From Lama guanicoe (Eukaryota), in the NCBI GenBank assembly GCA_013239625.1, contig MU053934.1, positions 7,709,352-7,773,351 of the forward strand: a stretch of DNA of 64,000 nt, written 5' to 3'. The number at the start of each line of letters is the position of its first letter. Within the stretch, counting starts at the first letter, position 1. The translations under genes were made by a program, and so were the position numbers. Shown in pieces: positions 51,201 through 64,000 of the stretch. The notes below the pieces were generated by a model, which saw only the letters and a list, made by a program, of their open reading frames with translations, did no database searches and was not told where the DNA came from.

Positions 51201-52480
51201 TCTTATCATCCTTGTACCACCGAGTCAGGGGGCACCATCCAGACCCTCAGTAAATGTTCGATGAGCAAACAAATGAATACATATAAGAAGGCTGAGTCAT
51301 TTGAATGGAAGATTGCACTTTGTGTTGAAATTTTCCATGTTCATTCTGCATACATTCTCCAAAAAATTCTTTCTGAAGGATTTTTTTGTTTGTTTTAATG
51401 TTAAGCAATCACGTCTCTTACTAAAGCTCCTCAGAACGTGAGCAATTGGAAGCAGGTGTCCCACTCACGTGTTGTATGATCGTTTCATTTGGAGACTACA
51501 GTCCTTTTCTTTCTTGCTGGCTTTTTCTTTTAAGTATAGACAAAATAAAACCAGCAAATTCAGAGGGAAAAATTAAAGTGCAGGATCAGAGGGCCCCTGA
51601 AGCCCAGCCAAGTGTCACACAGTCTGGCCCAGTGACAGGGGCTTCTGGGGGCTCCCCCTCCAGGGGGCTGCACTTGCCTGGTGGGAGGGGCGCTGGCCTG
51701 CAGCCTCGGAGGGTTGGAAGTGCCTCAAGGGCAGAATGCCCCAGTGAATGTCGCTACCGCGCTGTATCACTGTAGCAGAAAACACACCCAGTGCTATCAC
51801 AGGGGATGGTGATGTTCCAAAAAATATTAGTATTAATATTAGTATAGTGTGCTTATACTAATCAGCAAGAGAGCGGCTCACATATGTCAACAAATCTCAA
51901 TGGGGAGCCCATGTGACAGATACCAGGTTAGATGGCGGCCCCGTTACTGCGTCAAGGAACGGATGCTCTTACTGAGAGAGGCCAAAGAGACACACAGAGT
52001 CACAGCTCCGCTGGACGCAGAGTCCTGCATCAATGAGGCTGGCAGGAGGTGGCCAGGGGTCTGGGAGATGGGGTACTGCCTGGGAAGGGGCTGAAAGGGG
52101 TCCCTGAATCTCCCAAAGCAGCTGGCACTGCTGATTCCAGATTTACAAAAGAAAAATATACAAGTACATGTATGTATTGCTGTGCATAGAAAACAGACTG
52201 AAATGACACTCAGTTTCCATCAATTACCATACAGTGTTCTGTGGGTCCCCAGTTCCCCCAGGTTAAGTGTTTGGTGCCTGGAGGAAGATCATGTGTTCCC
52301 TTGACAGGCACCCATGCACAGCCCTCAGTGGGTGCCTGTGAAAGAGCCCCGGCTCAGAGGGCAGTGTGCCAAGAGGTCCTGGAAGACTGAGCAACACACG
52401 TACAACTCTGACCCAAGGTTCACAAAGACAAAAACATCGAAGTACATGTATATATCTATGAGCAAAGAAAACAGACTGAT

Positions 52481-52613
52481 GGGGAAGGCATAGCTCAGTG
52501 GTGGAGTGCATGCCTAGCATGCACAAGGTCCAGGGTTCAACCCCCAGTACCTCCCCTGGAAAAAATCAATAAATAAACTTAATTATCTGCCCTCCAAAAA
52601 AAGAAAAAAAAAG
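52481..52613 (+). mobile_element. tRNA-derived camelid SINE
   Basis: Head GGGGAAGGCATAGCTCAGTGGTGGAG...GGTTCAACCCCCAGTACCTCC plus an A-rich tail. Confidence 0.85.
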
Positions 52614-52842
52614 GGGATGATACACAGTGAGACAGAAAACTGACACTCACAGGTGGTTAGGTCAGGGGTATCTTCCAACCTGTTTCTGTATTTTCTAGGC
52701 TTTCTACACCGAATGCATACTCCTGAATGTGTTTCCCCTTGAATTATGGAAAAGACAAAATAAACAGCGCCTGGGAGGCAACTGCACCCTCTGCGCCCCT
52801 CTGCAGACACAGAGGAGCCGCCTACTGGTGCTGCCCTCTCAC

Positions 52843-53078
52843 CTGATGAGTCTCTGAGGTGCGTCATCCTCTTCTCGGAAGGGTCTCTTCTCACACAAGT
52901 TGCGAAACTCCCGGAAGTTTAAGGTGGCGCTGAGCCTCAAGCTGAGGAGGCCCAGGAAGCGCTCGAACTCCTCGTCCTTCAGGTTGAGGAGCAGGTGCAG
53001 CAGCAGCCGGCGGAGGTCACGCATGCTGACGATGCCGTCCCTGTCGGTGTCGATCTTAAAGAAGGCCGAGTAGGGGTT
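52843..53078 (-). CDS. EFCAB6: EFCAB6 internal coding exon, 236 nt, EF-hand loop DTDRDGIVSMRD (NPYSAFFKIDTDRDG...APQRLIR)
   Basis: Acceptor gtcctcAG|AAC and donor CAG|GTGAGA; phase 0 to 2. Canonical EF-hand loop. Confidence 0.95.
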
Positions 53079-54814
53079 CTGAGGACGAGACGCACGCGTC
53101 AGAGCCTGTCCCCTGAGCCTGATGACAAACGTGCCCCTGCGCGTGGACTCACCCCCCACATGAGGACGGGGCAGTGTTTCCACTGTGGCTTTTTGGAGAT
53201 GACACTGCTCCAGGAACAGCCTTGCCATGTTTGCTTTCCCCCAAAATTACGAGCTCTGTTCTCAGGTGCCCTCGTTTAATGCAAAGAGTTCAGGAAAAGG
53301 GACAAGAAAGGCTTTTCTTTCCCTTCTGCTCCCTCAGCTTGTGCTACCAGAAGGAAGGAAGAATACGCTGAAACTTTCCAATATAATCAAAAATCCCGCT
53401 CTCGATGCTTTTACACAACTTTCACCATGTTTGGCAACTTCTGTCTACAGGAAAACAGCTGCCGTGCTGAATGCACCCTGAGGAGCCCGCCGGAGGCCAG
53501 CCCTGGTTTGTCGCCAGTGCGGGGGCCCCACCTGCCGGGGGTCCGCCTCTGCGTCAGGGAGGTCTGACTGCATGATGGTGCTCCTCCTGCAGATGGAGAA
53601 ACAGGCCTGCAGGGAACCTGCCTGGGGCTGGGCTGCACGGCTCAGGGCACACCCTGGAGGCAGGCTGCTTAGGGTCAAACCCCAGCTCTGCTGGCACTTA
53701 GAGTTATGGAGGGCAAGCTATTTAACTGCAACGGGCTTCTGGTCTGTAACACGGGGAGTCCCTGCCTTCTGGGGTGGTTGTGAGGACTGAATATGCTACC
53801 GAGGCAAAGCACTTAGGAGGCACCTGGCCAAATCTCCGCAAGCGCTCTAAAATGTTGTTTGTTACTATTACTGTTGCCTGAGGTCATTACTGTTGCCTGA
53901 GCGAGTGCCCGGCAGTCGGATTTGAAGCAGGATTTGAACCATGTCTGGGTCAGTTTCCTTGCTTTCCCCATGCGTGCTTCCCGTGTCTCAGGCTTGAAGA
54001 GTTGCTGCTGTGGTCCCAGCGCCCTGGTCCCACCAGCACCGATGCAGCCCCACCCAGGGGTCTGTCTGGCTACTTTGGAAGCCCCGCCTGGACCTCCAGG
54101 TCCCAGGACCGCCCCCACCCCCAGAAGTCACTTACAACCTAAAGCAAGACCTGCTGGGACTCGAGTGTCTAGTTAAAACCTTTTGAGATTTTGTGGAAAG
54201 ATCTATCTGCATTCACTCATCTATTCATTCACCAAAAATTATTCAGCCCCTAACGTGTGCAATCACTGCACTGAACCCCGTGGACCTGACTTAAAGTGCA
54301 CCACCCCGATGCATCTCTGGCCTGTCACTTATCGCCAGCTGACATTCTGGAGATTCGTATGTTCCTGCTCGCTGCACACCTAGAAGGTAGGCATGAGGCC
54401 TGGGCTCTGATCTGCTCCTCGTTACAGCTCCAGCCCTGAGAGCGCGGCATAGGAAACATCCACAGAGCAAGGCTGCTGCGTGTGAAGGAGGCAGTATGTA
54501 GCTCCTGGCCGGCGCTCTGTGAGGCACAGGGACACCCTGATAACTAAAACCTGGTCCCTGACATCAAGGTCCTCAGTCCAGTTGGGAAGAAAGACGTGTG
54601 AGCAGATTACAGCAAGTCAGTGTGATACATGCAGCCACAGAGGTGGGAACGAAGTGCCCTCGTGCAACGGGAGCCGCCGGACCACAGGGACAACCTGGAT
54701 GCCATGGGAACCCATATTTATAACCTTCACAAATTTAAAACTTTAATCATTCCCTGAATCTTAGTCTTTGACTTCCCAGCATGAAGTCTCCTGATTTTAT
54801 TGGAGTCAATCAAA

Positions 54815-55000
54815 TGTTATTTCAATTCCTGGCCATGACACTTACTAGATACGTGGCTTTTTAAGTTTCACCCCATCTCTGACCCTCAGTTTCTTCATCT
54901 ATAAAATGGAAACACTAATGCCTACCTGGTAGGGTGGATGTGGGAAGTAAACCAACTGTGGCCAGGTATGTAAACCTGCCAGTTCACTGCCTGGCATGTA
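54815..55000 (+). mobile_element. MIR SINE
   Basis: cacttactagatacgtgg...ctctgaccctcagtttcttcatctataaaatgga...ctgcctggcatgta. Confidence 0.7.
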
Positions 55001-55871
55001 AAGTGAAGTCTTTTATTCATTCGACAAACACACGCTGATTACCTATTGCGTGGCAGGCACCGTGGCAGTCAGTTGTGTTATTGCGGTGAATGATTCAGGA
55101 ACAACTGGGGCCTTAACGTCTCATGGAATCACACATCCACACGCACCGCATGCTGGGAGAGGTTGGGCAGCCCATATCTCCCCGCAGACGTGAAGGGCCA
55201 GAAAAAGGACCAAACCAAAGGACCAAGAGGACTTAAGAAAGTCCTGGGCTTATGTAGGAGTTAGCTGGTCACGGAGGGAGGAGTGACAACCCAGACAAAG
55301 ACAGGAAGGGGAGGAAGAGCACTGGTGATGTGATGGGAGGAGGAGAGGGGTGGAGATGCGGCTAGAGAGGAGAGCCTGGCCGGCGTAGAGCCGGGGCTGA
55401 GGCAGGATGGGGGCTCATCCTAGAGAAAGGGGACGCTCTGACCAGAGCTGTTTGCTGGGACCACCTTGCAGGGCCAGGTGTCCAAGACAGACTGTGAAGG
55501 AAAACTGCAGTCACAGAAGTGTATGCAGAGAATGGTCCTATTTGTGTGGGGGTTTTTTTGACCTTCTTTGTATTTAGAAATATACATGAATCCATGCACA
55601 CGTGCCTGAACCTGCACAGACACGGTCCAGAGGGTGAGGCTGAAGGAACGCCCACGGGCACCTGTCCCCAGGTCATGTCCCCAGCCCACCCAGGGAGTGT
55701 CTGTGTCTGCCCTCCTCAGAGTCAAGGAGACAGATGTCCCTTGTTTGGTCACAAAGAATAATTTCCTTCAGCTGTTTCTGGACTTTGCTTGGCCTGGGCT
55801 GTGAGGGCAAGACTAACTCCGTAAACCTAACTGTGCTGAGATGGACTCACATGGCTACAAAATTACTGGGC

Positions 55872-55894
55872 CAACAGCAGCAGCAGCAGCAACA
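55872..55894. repeat. Short intronic (CAA/CAG)n repeat
   Basis: caacagcagcagcagcagcaaca. Confidence 0.7.
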
Positions 55895-57900
55895 AAGGCA
55901 TTTTCAACTAATATAAAACCGTTTTGTCGTTATTGATGGAGAGAGATAGTCAAGAATTTCTCACGAACACGGACCCAATAAAGTAAATAAAGTGACTGTA
56001 CCTTCCCACTCAAAAGTCAAGACCCACGCTTTGCCCCGTTTACAGCCCTGCAGGGAACCCGGGTGTCCCGCATCCTGGGCTGCACCATGCGAACCTGGCA
56101 ATTAGGGGTGCACGTCTCTGTCTCACCCACCAGGTCGTAAGTGCTTTGCAGGCTAGAGTGGGTGTTGGTGAATGTTTATTCAATCAGTTCATGATTTAAT
56201 TATTTAGAATAATGACCATCTTTGGAAACAAGGGACGTATGTGTGTTGGAACCAAGGTGCACTGTAATAAAGGTAGGAAGCTAATTCCTACCTTCCTGCC
56301 AGCAGGAAGCTAACCTTCCCCAGCGTCCCACTGGGAAAGGTCGGAGGAGGAAAGGGGGGGGAGGGGCCAAGACGAGGGGTCTGGGTTGCGATGGATGAGG
56401 TGGCAGGAAAAGGCAACAGCGGCCGGTGGCCACTCCAGCCCCCTCTCCTTGCACAGAGGGACAGAGGGACTGTGCTCCCCGCACCCCTGCTCCCACTTCT
56501 GCCCTCTCCCACCCCCACCCCACCAGGCTTTCCTTCCTCAGAGCCAGGCACTCCACCCACTAAAAGACCTCTGCCTGCACCCTGCTCTTCTCAACTGGGC
56601 ATCACATCAAATTAAATAGTGAGGACCAACCCTCTCCATGTCTGCTCATGGTGACTGTATTTTTTCAAACTGAGAATTAGGACGCATGGTCTGATGGCTG
56701 GACAGAATAGTCAAAGTCAGAACCATCATGCAAATCCCAGCCAGAGAGTCATCGTAAGTTTATCCATTTTAAAATGGGAGCTCAGTAAGCAAAATGGATC
56801 TCCAATTGGCAGCCAGTGTGGGGAAGATGTTTCAGAGCACAGCAAACTGGAGCTGCCCCACCCCTGGGGGCTGGTTCCTCCCCCTGGGCACTCCCCACTT
56901 CTCCTCCCCCGGATTCACCCCATCCTTGCCTATCCAGGTGTTTGCTCCTGCTCACCCTGGGGTCTCCGTGCCCTGGTCAGGACACTATTAGCTCCCTTGT
57001 GCCCTCTACCTCATTTTGTAGCTAATGTGGTCAGCTCATCAAATTGATCTTCCTTCCCACTTTAATGACCCTCTTTTACTTCTTAACACAAAAACACTTG
57101 AGGTCATTCTGCATCTGCCTCTGTGTTTGAATGGCTGCTCTTTCTCCTGTCTTACCCGTTACAGCATCCACATGCAACCCACACCTTGGTCATACAGAGC
57201 TGTGTGAGCTTTCCACCAAAGTCCATGCCCTGCTGCCACCCCCTTGAGCAAGCCCCCTCTTCTAAGGTTTGCTCCCTTCTTTTTCTGGTCAGCACATGCA
57301 GAGGGTTTAAGATGTGGTTCAGCAGTAACCTCTTCCAGGAAGCCCTCCTTAATGGTTTTTGTCCCTGTGCCCCCATAGCACACCACTGGTCCCTCTGCCG
57401 GACAGCCAGTCATGATGTGTCTGAATTGTCAGCTGACTGTCTGTGTCTTGGGCTGGATGGAGCTCCCCGAGCAGGCCTCTCATCCTTCACGCCCAGCTTG
57501 TAGCAGAGATCCCAGCATCTCGTAAGTACGTGATGCCTGTCTGGTGAGTGCAGAAATGGAGCGGAAGGAATGGCTGAAAGGATCCTAAATTTGCTATAAC
57601 TTGGGCTGTCATGCCCCTGCCCACCTACCCTTCTTGTGAGGGGGGTCGCCTTACTTCTCCAAGGCTTTTGAGAGGCAGAAGGCAGACCCAGCAAAGTGCC
57701 AGCAGGGAAGGGCCTCAGGGAGGGAAGGGAACCCGGAGATAAGCCCCCGCCCCGGGAAGGGGAGAAGAGGTAGGCCCAGGCTCTGGAGGAAGCGCTCTGT
57801 GCCCGGGCCCCAGGAGTCACGCCCACGGTGGCTGAACCGATGTGCACAGGGAGGGGGCGGGGGGTCCAGAGAAGCCAAGCAGCTGCGAGCCATACTTTAC

Positions 57901-58034
57901 CCGGAAGGACTCCTTCATTCTCCGCGGGAACTGCTTCAGGCATTCCTCAGCAGTTATGAAGTAGCTGTCCGAGCTACCTTTTGAGAGAACTGGAGTCCGA
58001 GATGGAGTCACTTTCGGCCCATTCATTTCAGAAT
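57901..58034 (-). CDS. EFCAB6: EFCAB6 internal coding exon, 134 nt (DSEMNGPKVTPSRTPVLSKGSSDSYFITAEECLKQFPRRMKESFR)
   Basis: Acceptor tgtttcAG|AT and donor CGG|GTAAAG; phase 1 to 0, in frame with both neighbours. Contains the FITAEECLK.FPRR.KESFR motif. Confidence 0.92.
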
Positions 58035-60263
58035 CTGAAACAATGCCATAAACCAGAAGACTTCCATTAGGGGCGCAAACACCTCTTGGTGTCTGTTTCG
58101 ACACTTGACTTGTGTCCCCAGTCCTGGGAGAACACTACACAGGCATTCGACCCTGTGGACTGAGCACAGCCTGAACTTTGTTCTGATCTGGTGTCTCCCA
58201 TCATCGCAAGAAGAACTTGTCTTCCAGACTATCGGGGGGCCGTGCTCCCATCCAGCACGTCCCCTCGTCTGGCTTCTCCGTTCTCCCTCCGGGGCAGGGA
58301 CTATGTCTCGTCCATCTCTCCATCTCAGAGGCAAAGAGTGAGGATTCCTGCTCTGTTTCCTAGAATCATGTCCTAAACACAGGAGTGTGTGAGCAGACAC
58401 CACTCATTAATCCTCCCAACCGTCTATCTGCTAGATGCTGCGCTACCGGCCCCCTACACTTCCTGGCCCTCCAAACACCCCTCAGAGGTACAGTCTCCTC
58501 TTACGCCTGGTTTACACACGAGGACACCTATTAATAGCCCATCCACACCCGAGGAGAGGAAGGCTCGGCTTCCCCAGGGTCACAGAGCTCGTGACAGCAC
58601 AGCTGAATCCAAAGCCCAGCTGGTTAACTGCTGCACCCGGCCCTCTTCCTCCCTTTAAACTGAGACATCTACTTAAACATCAACCCATTTCCCGCAGGTC
58701 GTGATGACCCAAGTGCAGCCTTGTCTGAAGCCAGGCCACAAGCTTGGGACTTGGTTTTGGACGTGTGTTCTGCACACGTTGCAGCCACCTTCTCCCCACT
58801 GCTGTGGTTTGCGGGATGGATGCAGGCAGCGCATCTGGAGCTTGTGGGCATCCGTTAGTCCGGTCTCGAACCTGACCTCGCCTCACCTCCGCCTGGGCTG
58901 GAGTGGCGTCCCCTGAGCCTGTTACGCCTGGCAGGTCACACCTCCCCCGATGCCTGATGCCTGTCCCGGGCCGGTCTCAGCATCTGGCCCTGTGCTGGGG
59001 GCGCTGGCAGAGGACGGAGGAGGAGGGGAAGGTGGGGGAAGAACAGCCAGGGCAGGGAGGAAGCCAGTGTGGCCGACAGCTGCTGTGTCAGGTGCCTGCT
59101 CGGTAACAGGCTCACTGCTCTGGGGCCTCAGGCACGTGACTGCTCACGGTGGGCCCCGATCCTTCACCTCCGCAATGGGTGCGCCTGGCACACTGGATGA
59201 ACTCCCAAAAAGAAATGTGAGCTCCTTTTCCGTCTTTTTATTTTCTATCAAAAAACTTCAAAACATATAGCCAAAGAAAGTGTCAAAATTCTAAAATTCT
59301 ACAGTTTCTCGTGCTTTTCCAGGGGTTGCAAAACCTCTTTCCCTCTAGGATTGACAAATGAAATCTGAGGGGATTGGATGGGACCTTCTCTTTTTCCTTA
59401 TGGGGAGTCCCAGTGTCTCCAGTGAGACCCACCGCATCGCCCAGTTGTCTCCTAGGCCAACCTTGGGAGGATGGCAAAATGCAGAGTTCCGGGCTCCGCC
59501 CCGTCCAGCTTGTGGTACAATTTATCAGAATAGAAGCATATTCCATTGGCACATATGCATGATTTCTGCAGCCTTTCCAGAGGATTTATGTGTCCACCTA
59601 AATCTCCGTAAGAGTGGAGACGAGGGTGAGGGACCACACAGCCAAAAAGTGAGGGGCTCTCTGGGTGTTGGTCATCTGTCTGCCTGGCGTGTGGCTAGGG
59701 GAACAGAATCAGGAGCAGGTGCAAACGGGGGGCCCAGCTTCCGGCCCGGACTGGACTGCACACGATGAATTTCCTGACCACCACTTGGGGTGGGGAGAGG
59801 GGAGGGACAGTGGCCGGTGATCTTGGGCATGTCATGGAATCTTTTAGAATCTCCGTGTCCTTATCTGCAAAAACGGAGGAAAATACGTGCCTGGCCCGTG
59901 CACGCATGGGTGTCATGAATTCCAGACAACCAGCATCTGTTTTTAGGAGGAAAACCTTAAAGGACATGAGGTGTGACTGGAGGAAGGCAGGCTTGGGAGT
60001 GAAGTTTAGAAACCATTTGTGCTCTGAGTTTGCAGACGGCTCTATCAGACAAAATTCCACACTCACAGTTCTGCTGAGTGAAAAACAAAGGCCGAAACAC
60101 AGTCAGATAAAATTAAGCAAATAATGTCTGTTTCCAGTCTTTGAACACACGCCGTTTCAACATCTCTGCTCACCCTATTTCAACCCCAGACCCCTGTGGC
60201 CCCACTTGGAAAAGCTGGCAGGGCCAAGGGTGGGAGCCTGGTTTGCACTTGGCTGTTAGCTAC

Positions 60264-60378
60264 CTTCAAATCCTGTTGCAAAATCGAGATAACTCATCCC
60301 TTCTTTCTTATATCCTAGTTTCGCAGTCAGCAGGGCATACTGATCGTCGGCCATGGGCATCCCGTTATCTTCCAGCAC
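60264..60378 (-). CDS. EFCAB6: EFCAB6 internal coding exon, 115 nt (VLEDNGMPMADDQYALLTAKLGYKKEGMSYLDFATGFE)
   Basis: Acceptor ccctgccAG|GTG and donor GAAG|GTAGC; phase 0 to 1. The peptide matches my recollection of human EFCAB6 (VLEDTGMPMDDDQYALL...MSYLDFAAGFE). Confidence 0.93.
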
Positions 60379-61519
60379 CTGGCAGGGAAGACAGCGAGGG
60401 GAGAGGCTGTTAGGCTGTCCCGGGGTCCCTGCCTGGCCCAGCCTGTGATTGTTGCTCATCTGCCCCCACCCATGGGCGGGGCCAGGTGTCCTGGATCCCA
60501 GCTGGTGCAAGGTGTGCTGAGCCAGTGAGTAAACAAAGGCACAGGCTTTGTCACATGGCACTCGGGCTGCAGCCCCCATTGCAAAGCTCCCCGTAGGCCG
60601 GGCCAGCCGGGCTTTCCAAGTTCACATCTGCTGTGACTGCAGCAGCTTTCAAGATTCATAGGCCAGATTTATATTCACATACATCCTAGGCAACACGAAC
60701 AAAACATAGCAAGGTGGTTTGAGGAGGAAAAACTAAAGTTTTAATTGAGGAGTTACATTATGGGCCACAGTTTAATCTGCAAGTTACTGTGGTTTTTGCA
60801 GGAGGACCCATGGACATCCCTTCCTCCCCTCCTTATGTGAGTCCCTCGCTAAAAGTTATCCGTGACCCCTTCACTTCAGCACATATAATCTGCTGTTTAC
60901 CAATGGTTTCCATTGGGGGGATGGGGGTGGGGCGTGGGGGCAACCAGGAAGCCACACTTCCCTGCATTGCAAACAGCGGAGCAGAATCACCTAGTTGACT
61001 CTTCCTAGGAGATGACACCATCCTAGGAGAAACTGGCGGCGGGGCTGTTCAAGGCGCAGGCGGGGCTGGTACCCTTTGCCAATGGCCAGTTAGTCAACGA
61101 GCTGGATGGAGCTACCTGCCTGGAGACGAAGCCCCCAGAAGGGATGCTGCCGGGAATACAGATGTAACAGAAGACACCACCCTGCTGCTCTCAAAGTAGT
61201 GACAACTTAAAGGAGAAAACATGGCTTTCCTTCCAGAAGAGGACATTGAATCACAGTTCAAAATCTGTGTGCATCTGAAGCCAAAGATGCCCAGGATGGC
61301 TGGACTCGCCCAGGACAGGGGCAGGAAGGCTGTCAGGGGGTGCCGAGGTTGGAGCTGGGTTAGGAGAAGAGGTGTACCTGAGAGCTGGGGGCGGGCAGTA
61401 CACAGGCCAGTGCATATCAGGGCTTCTGGTGCCATAGGAAGCTGAATGGGGGGAGGGAAGAGGAGGGTGTGATGAGACAGCGCCCACTATCGTCATCATC
61501 TTCATCACTATCATCGTCA

Positions 61520-61730
61520 TTCAGTGCCAATACTCCTGCCCATCACCTGCTAGGCATCCTGCTGAGATCTTTACCGATGTTACAGCTCATTGAATCCTTA
61601 ACATAAGCCGTGGGAAAAGCACTCTTACTAATTCCATTTTAAAGATGTGGAAACTGAGGCTATGAGCGTTGCCCAGTCATGTGATTAGGAAGTGACAGGT
61701 CTGAGGTTCAAAGGCAGTTCTTAACCACTA
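61520..61730 (-). mobile_element. MIR SINE
   Basis: ccattttaaagatgtggaaactgaggct...ttgcccagtca...ttcttaaccactatg. Confidence 0.7.
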
Positions 61731-63339
61731 TGATGAGCCCGACTGTTGGAATAGGGTCCTTGGGGCCCCGACAAAGAACCACGCAGGTGGAAACGGATGG
61801 GAAAGGACAGTAGGAAGTGGGGGAAGGGCTCTTCCAGGGACCCCGGGTGTCCCCACATGTATCCAAACAGGCCACACAGGCAAAGGCCAATCTGGGTCTC
61901 AACAGAACACCTTGAGATGCCCTTTGGAACACCGGAGGACGGGGGGCCTCTAAGGAGCGGCTATGAGGCCATCTCCCACTTTCCCCTGTCTCCGCGGGAG
62001 GCTGTCAGGAGACAGGTTCTCGGCCCCCCCAGATCTGACAGGTGGCGCCTTCTGCTCTGCCCCTCAAAGACCAGAGCTGCAGAATCGAAACCCACTGCGG
62101 GGCAACAGGGTGTCAACAGCAGCTGTGAGCCATCAGCTCTTTCTGCTTTGGTGCCAGCCTTTCTGGCATGTGGGGCAAGGACCCAGGAGCAGGCACCTTT
62201 GGCCATCTATGAAGATGACCGTGGCTCACTGGCCTGGGCATGGCTTGTGTGCGTGTTGAAGTGAACAAGCTGGGGATGTGCGTGGTGCAGTGTGGGAACC
62301 AGAGAGAAAGGGAGGGGGCGCAGGTGTGGCTGTGTTGCCTGGGGGCTCGGGGGAGCGGCGCTGGATTCCAAGATCATCCCCAGGACCCGCCTGGGGACCC
62401 GGGCAGGAGTGCGTGCTGGGAGTTCTGACAGCTCCGCACACACAGCCCGCCCCAGCTCTGCGCAGGAGCCTGTCCCAGCACGGCTGGTACAAGCGGTTAG
62501 ACAGAACGCCGCGGCCCCAGGCATCGGGGGGCTCTGAAACAGATTGGTTGCTTTTTTTGAAAAATAACTTTATATTTTGAAAACAATTATACATGAATTA
62601 TTCATTGCAAATTCCTCCTGCTTAGTCCTTCATAAAAACATATGTAAAAGATGGTAAGAAAATGTCTGTAAGCAAATGTTTCACAGCCTGGAGGGCTGAG
62701 AATCACCGGGAGGTGGGGCATGCCTTAAGCAGCCTGCCCAGAGGTTGCAGGCGTGCATCGCCTGCACAGAGCACCACAAAGGACAGGATACCCAGAGAGC
62801 GTCATTGCCAGCAGGGGTGCTGAGCCCTTCTCAAACATCAGAGGCTCTAATGCCTCCCCCCCTCACACCAGTCATCTCTAAGATGAACAGGCAGCAATCG
62901 ACTCGATTTATCACAACCCTTGGAAGCAGTCTGCAGTACAATGTAGGACTAAACTACAGCGTTTACAAAACAGATTTTCAAGTGTTTAACCATTCAAATC
63001 TTGTCCTTTGGTCTTTTCTAGGAGGCATGGTTCCCTAAGAAAGTTCCTCAAAGAATAACAAACTGTGACCTGGTGTATTCTGATTCACCAAATTGTCACT
63101 TCCACCATTCTGGGGACATGACTTAGATCGGAGGCTGATTCTTCCACAGGCGGCCACAGCATGTCATGGAATCGTCGCTGGGCTCTCTGGGTGAAGACAG
63201 GTGCTCCCGCAGGTGCCCAGTAACCGGAAGTTGAAGGAGTGATTCAGTCTTTCTGAGTCTGGCTCCTGCAGACCACCCTGTGCTTTGGGGGAACCACCCA
63301 GTCTCTGTGTGAGCACTACCTTGGCATCGTTTCTGTGGC

Positions 63340-64000
63340 GACTGATCTAGGGAGTATAATACACATCCTTAACTTTTCACAGTCTATTTAGTAATATTGA
63401 ACCATGTCACATGACACACAGGAACCTTGCAACCACGACGGTTTGTGCCCTGCCCGTCCTTTAAGCTGTAGGTGTCACTTTTTTACATCTACATATATTC
63501 TAAACCCAAGACAATGTTAAAATGTTTGCTTTAAGCACTCAAAGGCAGCTTTAATTAAGAAAAAATAGCCTTTTGTATTTAATTGGCTATTTACCATTTT
63601 TAATGTTCTTTTCTCCTTCATGATCATCTGAGTCTCCACCTAGTACCACGTTCCTTCAGCCTGAAGAACTTCCTAGCATTTCTCATAGTGAAGATCTGTC
63701 TGCAATGAATTATCTTAGTTTTTTTTTTAATCTGAAAACATCTTTATTTCACCTTCATTCTTAAAGGAGATTTTCGCTGGATGTAAATTCTGGGGTGGGA
63801 GATTTTTTGTTTGTTTTTGTTTCTGCCTTCCTCCCAGCATGTAAAAATGATTGTCCCACTGTCTTCTGGCCTCCACTGCTTCTGATAAGAGGTCCACGGT
63901 AATGCAAAGCATTGTTCCTCTTTTAATGTGTCATCTTTCACACACTGCTTTAAGACTGCTCTCTTTGCTTTTGGTGTTCAGTTTATCTATCATTTTCCTT
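63340..64000 (-). mobile_element. LINE-1 ORF1 C-terminal remnant, continuing past the window end
   Basis: ORF 63727-63912 reads DLLSEAVEARRQW...HPAKISFKNEGEIKMFSD, an ORF1p motif. Confidence 0.8.

Noticed and set aside
55734..55916. Polyglutamine-containing ORF
   Set aside because: It is a short intronic CAG run antisense to EFCAB6, with no splice or domain support.
1..64000. CRISPR arrays, operons or prokaryote-like systems
   Set aside because: The sequence is a spliced mammalian gene with mammalian repeats. There are no regularly spaced repeats and no dense intronless coding regions.

Overview
This is mammalian genomic DNA, most likely camelid (alpaca/camel), judging by the tRNA-derived Vic-1-like SINEs and the artiodactyl-type L1 3' ends. 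The window lies inside EFCAB6 (multi-EF-hand protein, DJBP) on the minus strand. Nine internal coding exons (60378 down to 15537) have GT-AG boundaries and compatible phases, and they join into an uninterrupted 1440-nt (480-aa) frame. Neither the start nor the end of the gene is in the window. The introns hold old L1, L2, MIR, MaLR/MLT1, MER5 and Tigger2 remnants, four younger SINEs and several microsatellites. Almost all ORFs in the supplied track are spurious. I found no well-supported novel biological system. The best leads are: an intragenic NRF1/Sp/ETS promoter-like CpG cluster near 50.9 kb with a possible in-frame alternative first exon; a dense homeodomain/POU/RFX enhancer-like island near 33.1 kb; an intron with unusually weak splice sites at both ends; a tail-less, TSD-flanked L1 insertion; and an L1>Tigger2>SINE nested insertion. 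Gene and repeat names come from my recall of these families, not from a database search, and old-repeat boundaries are approximate.
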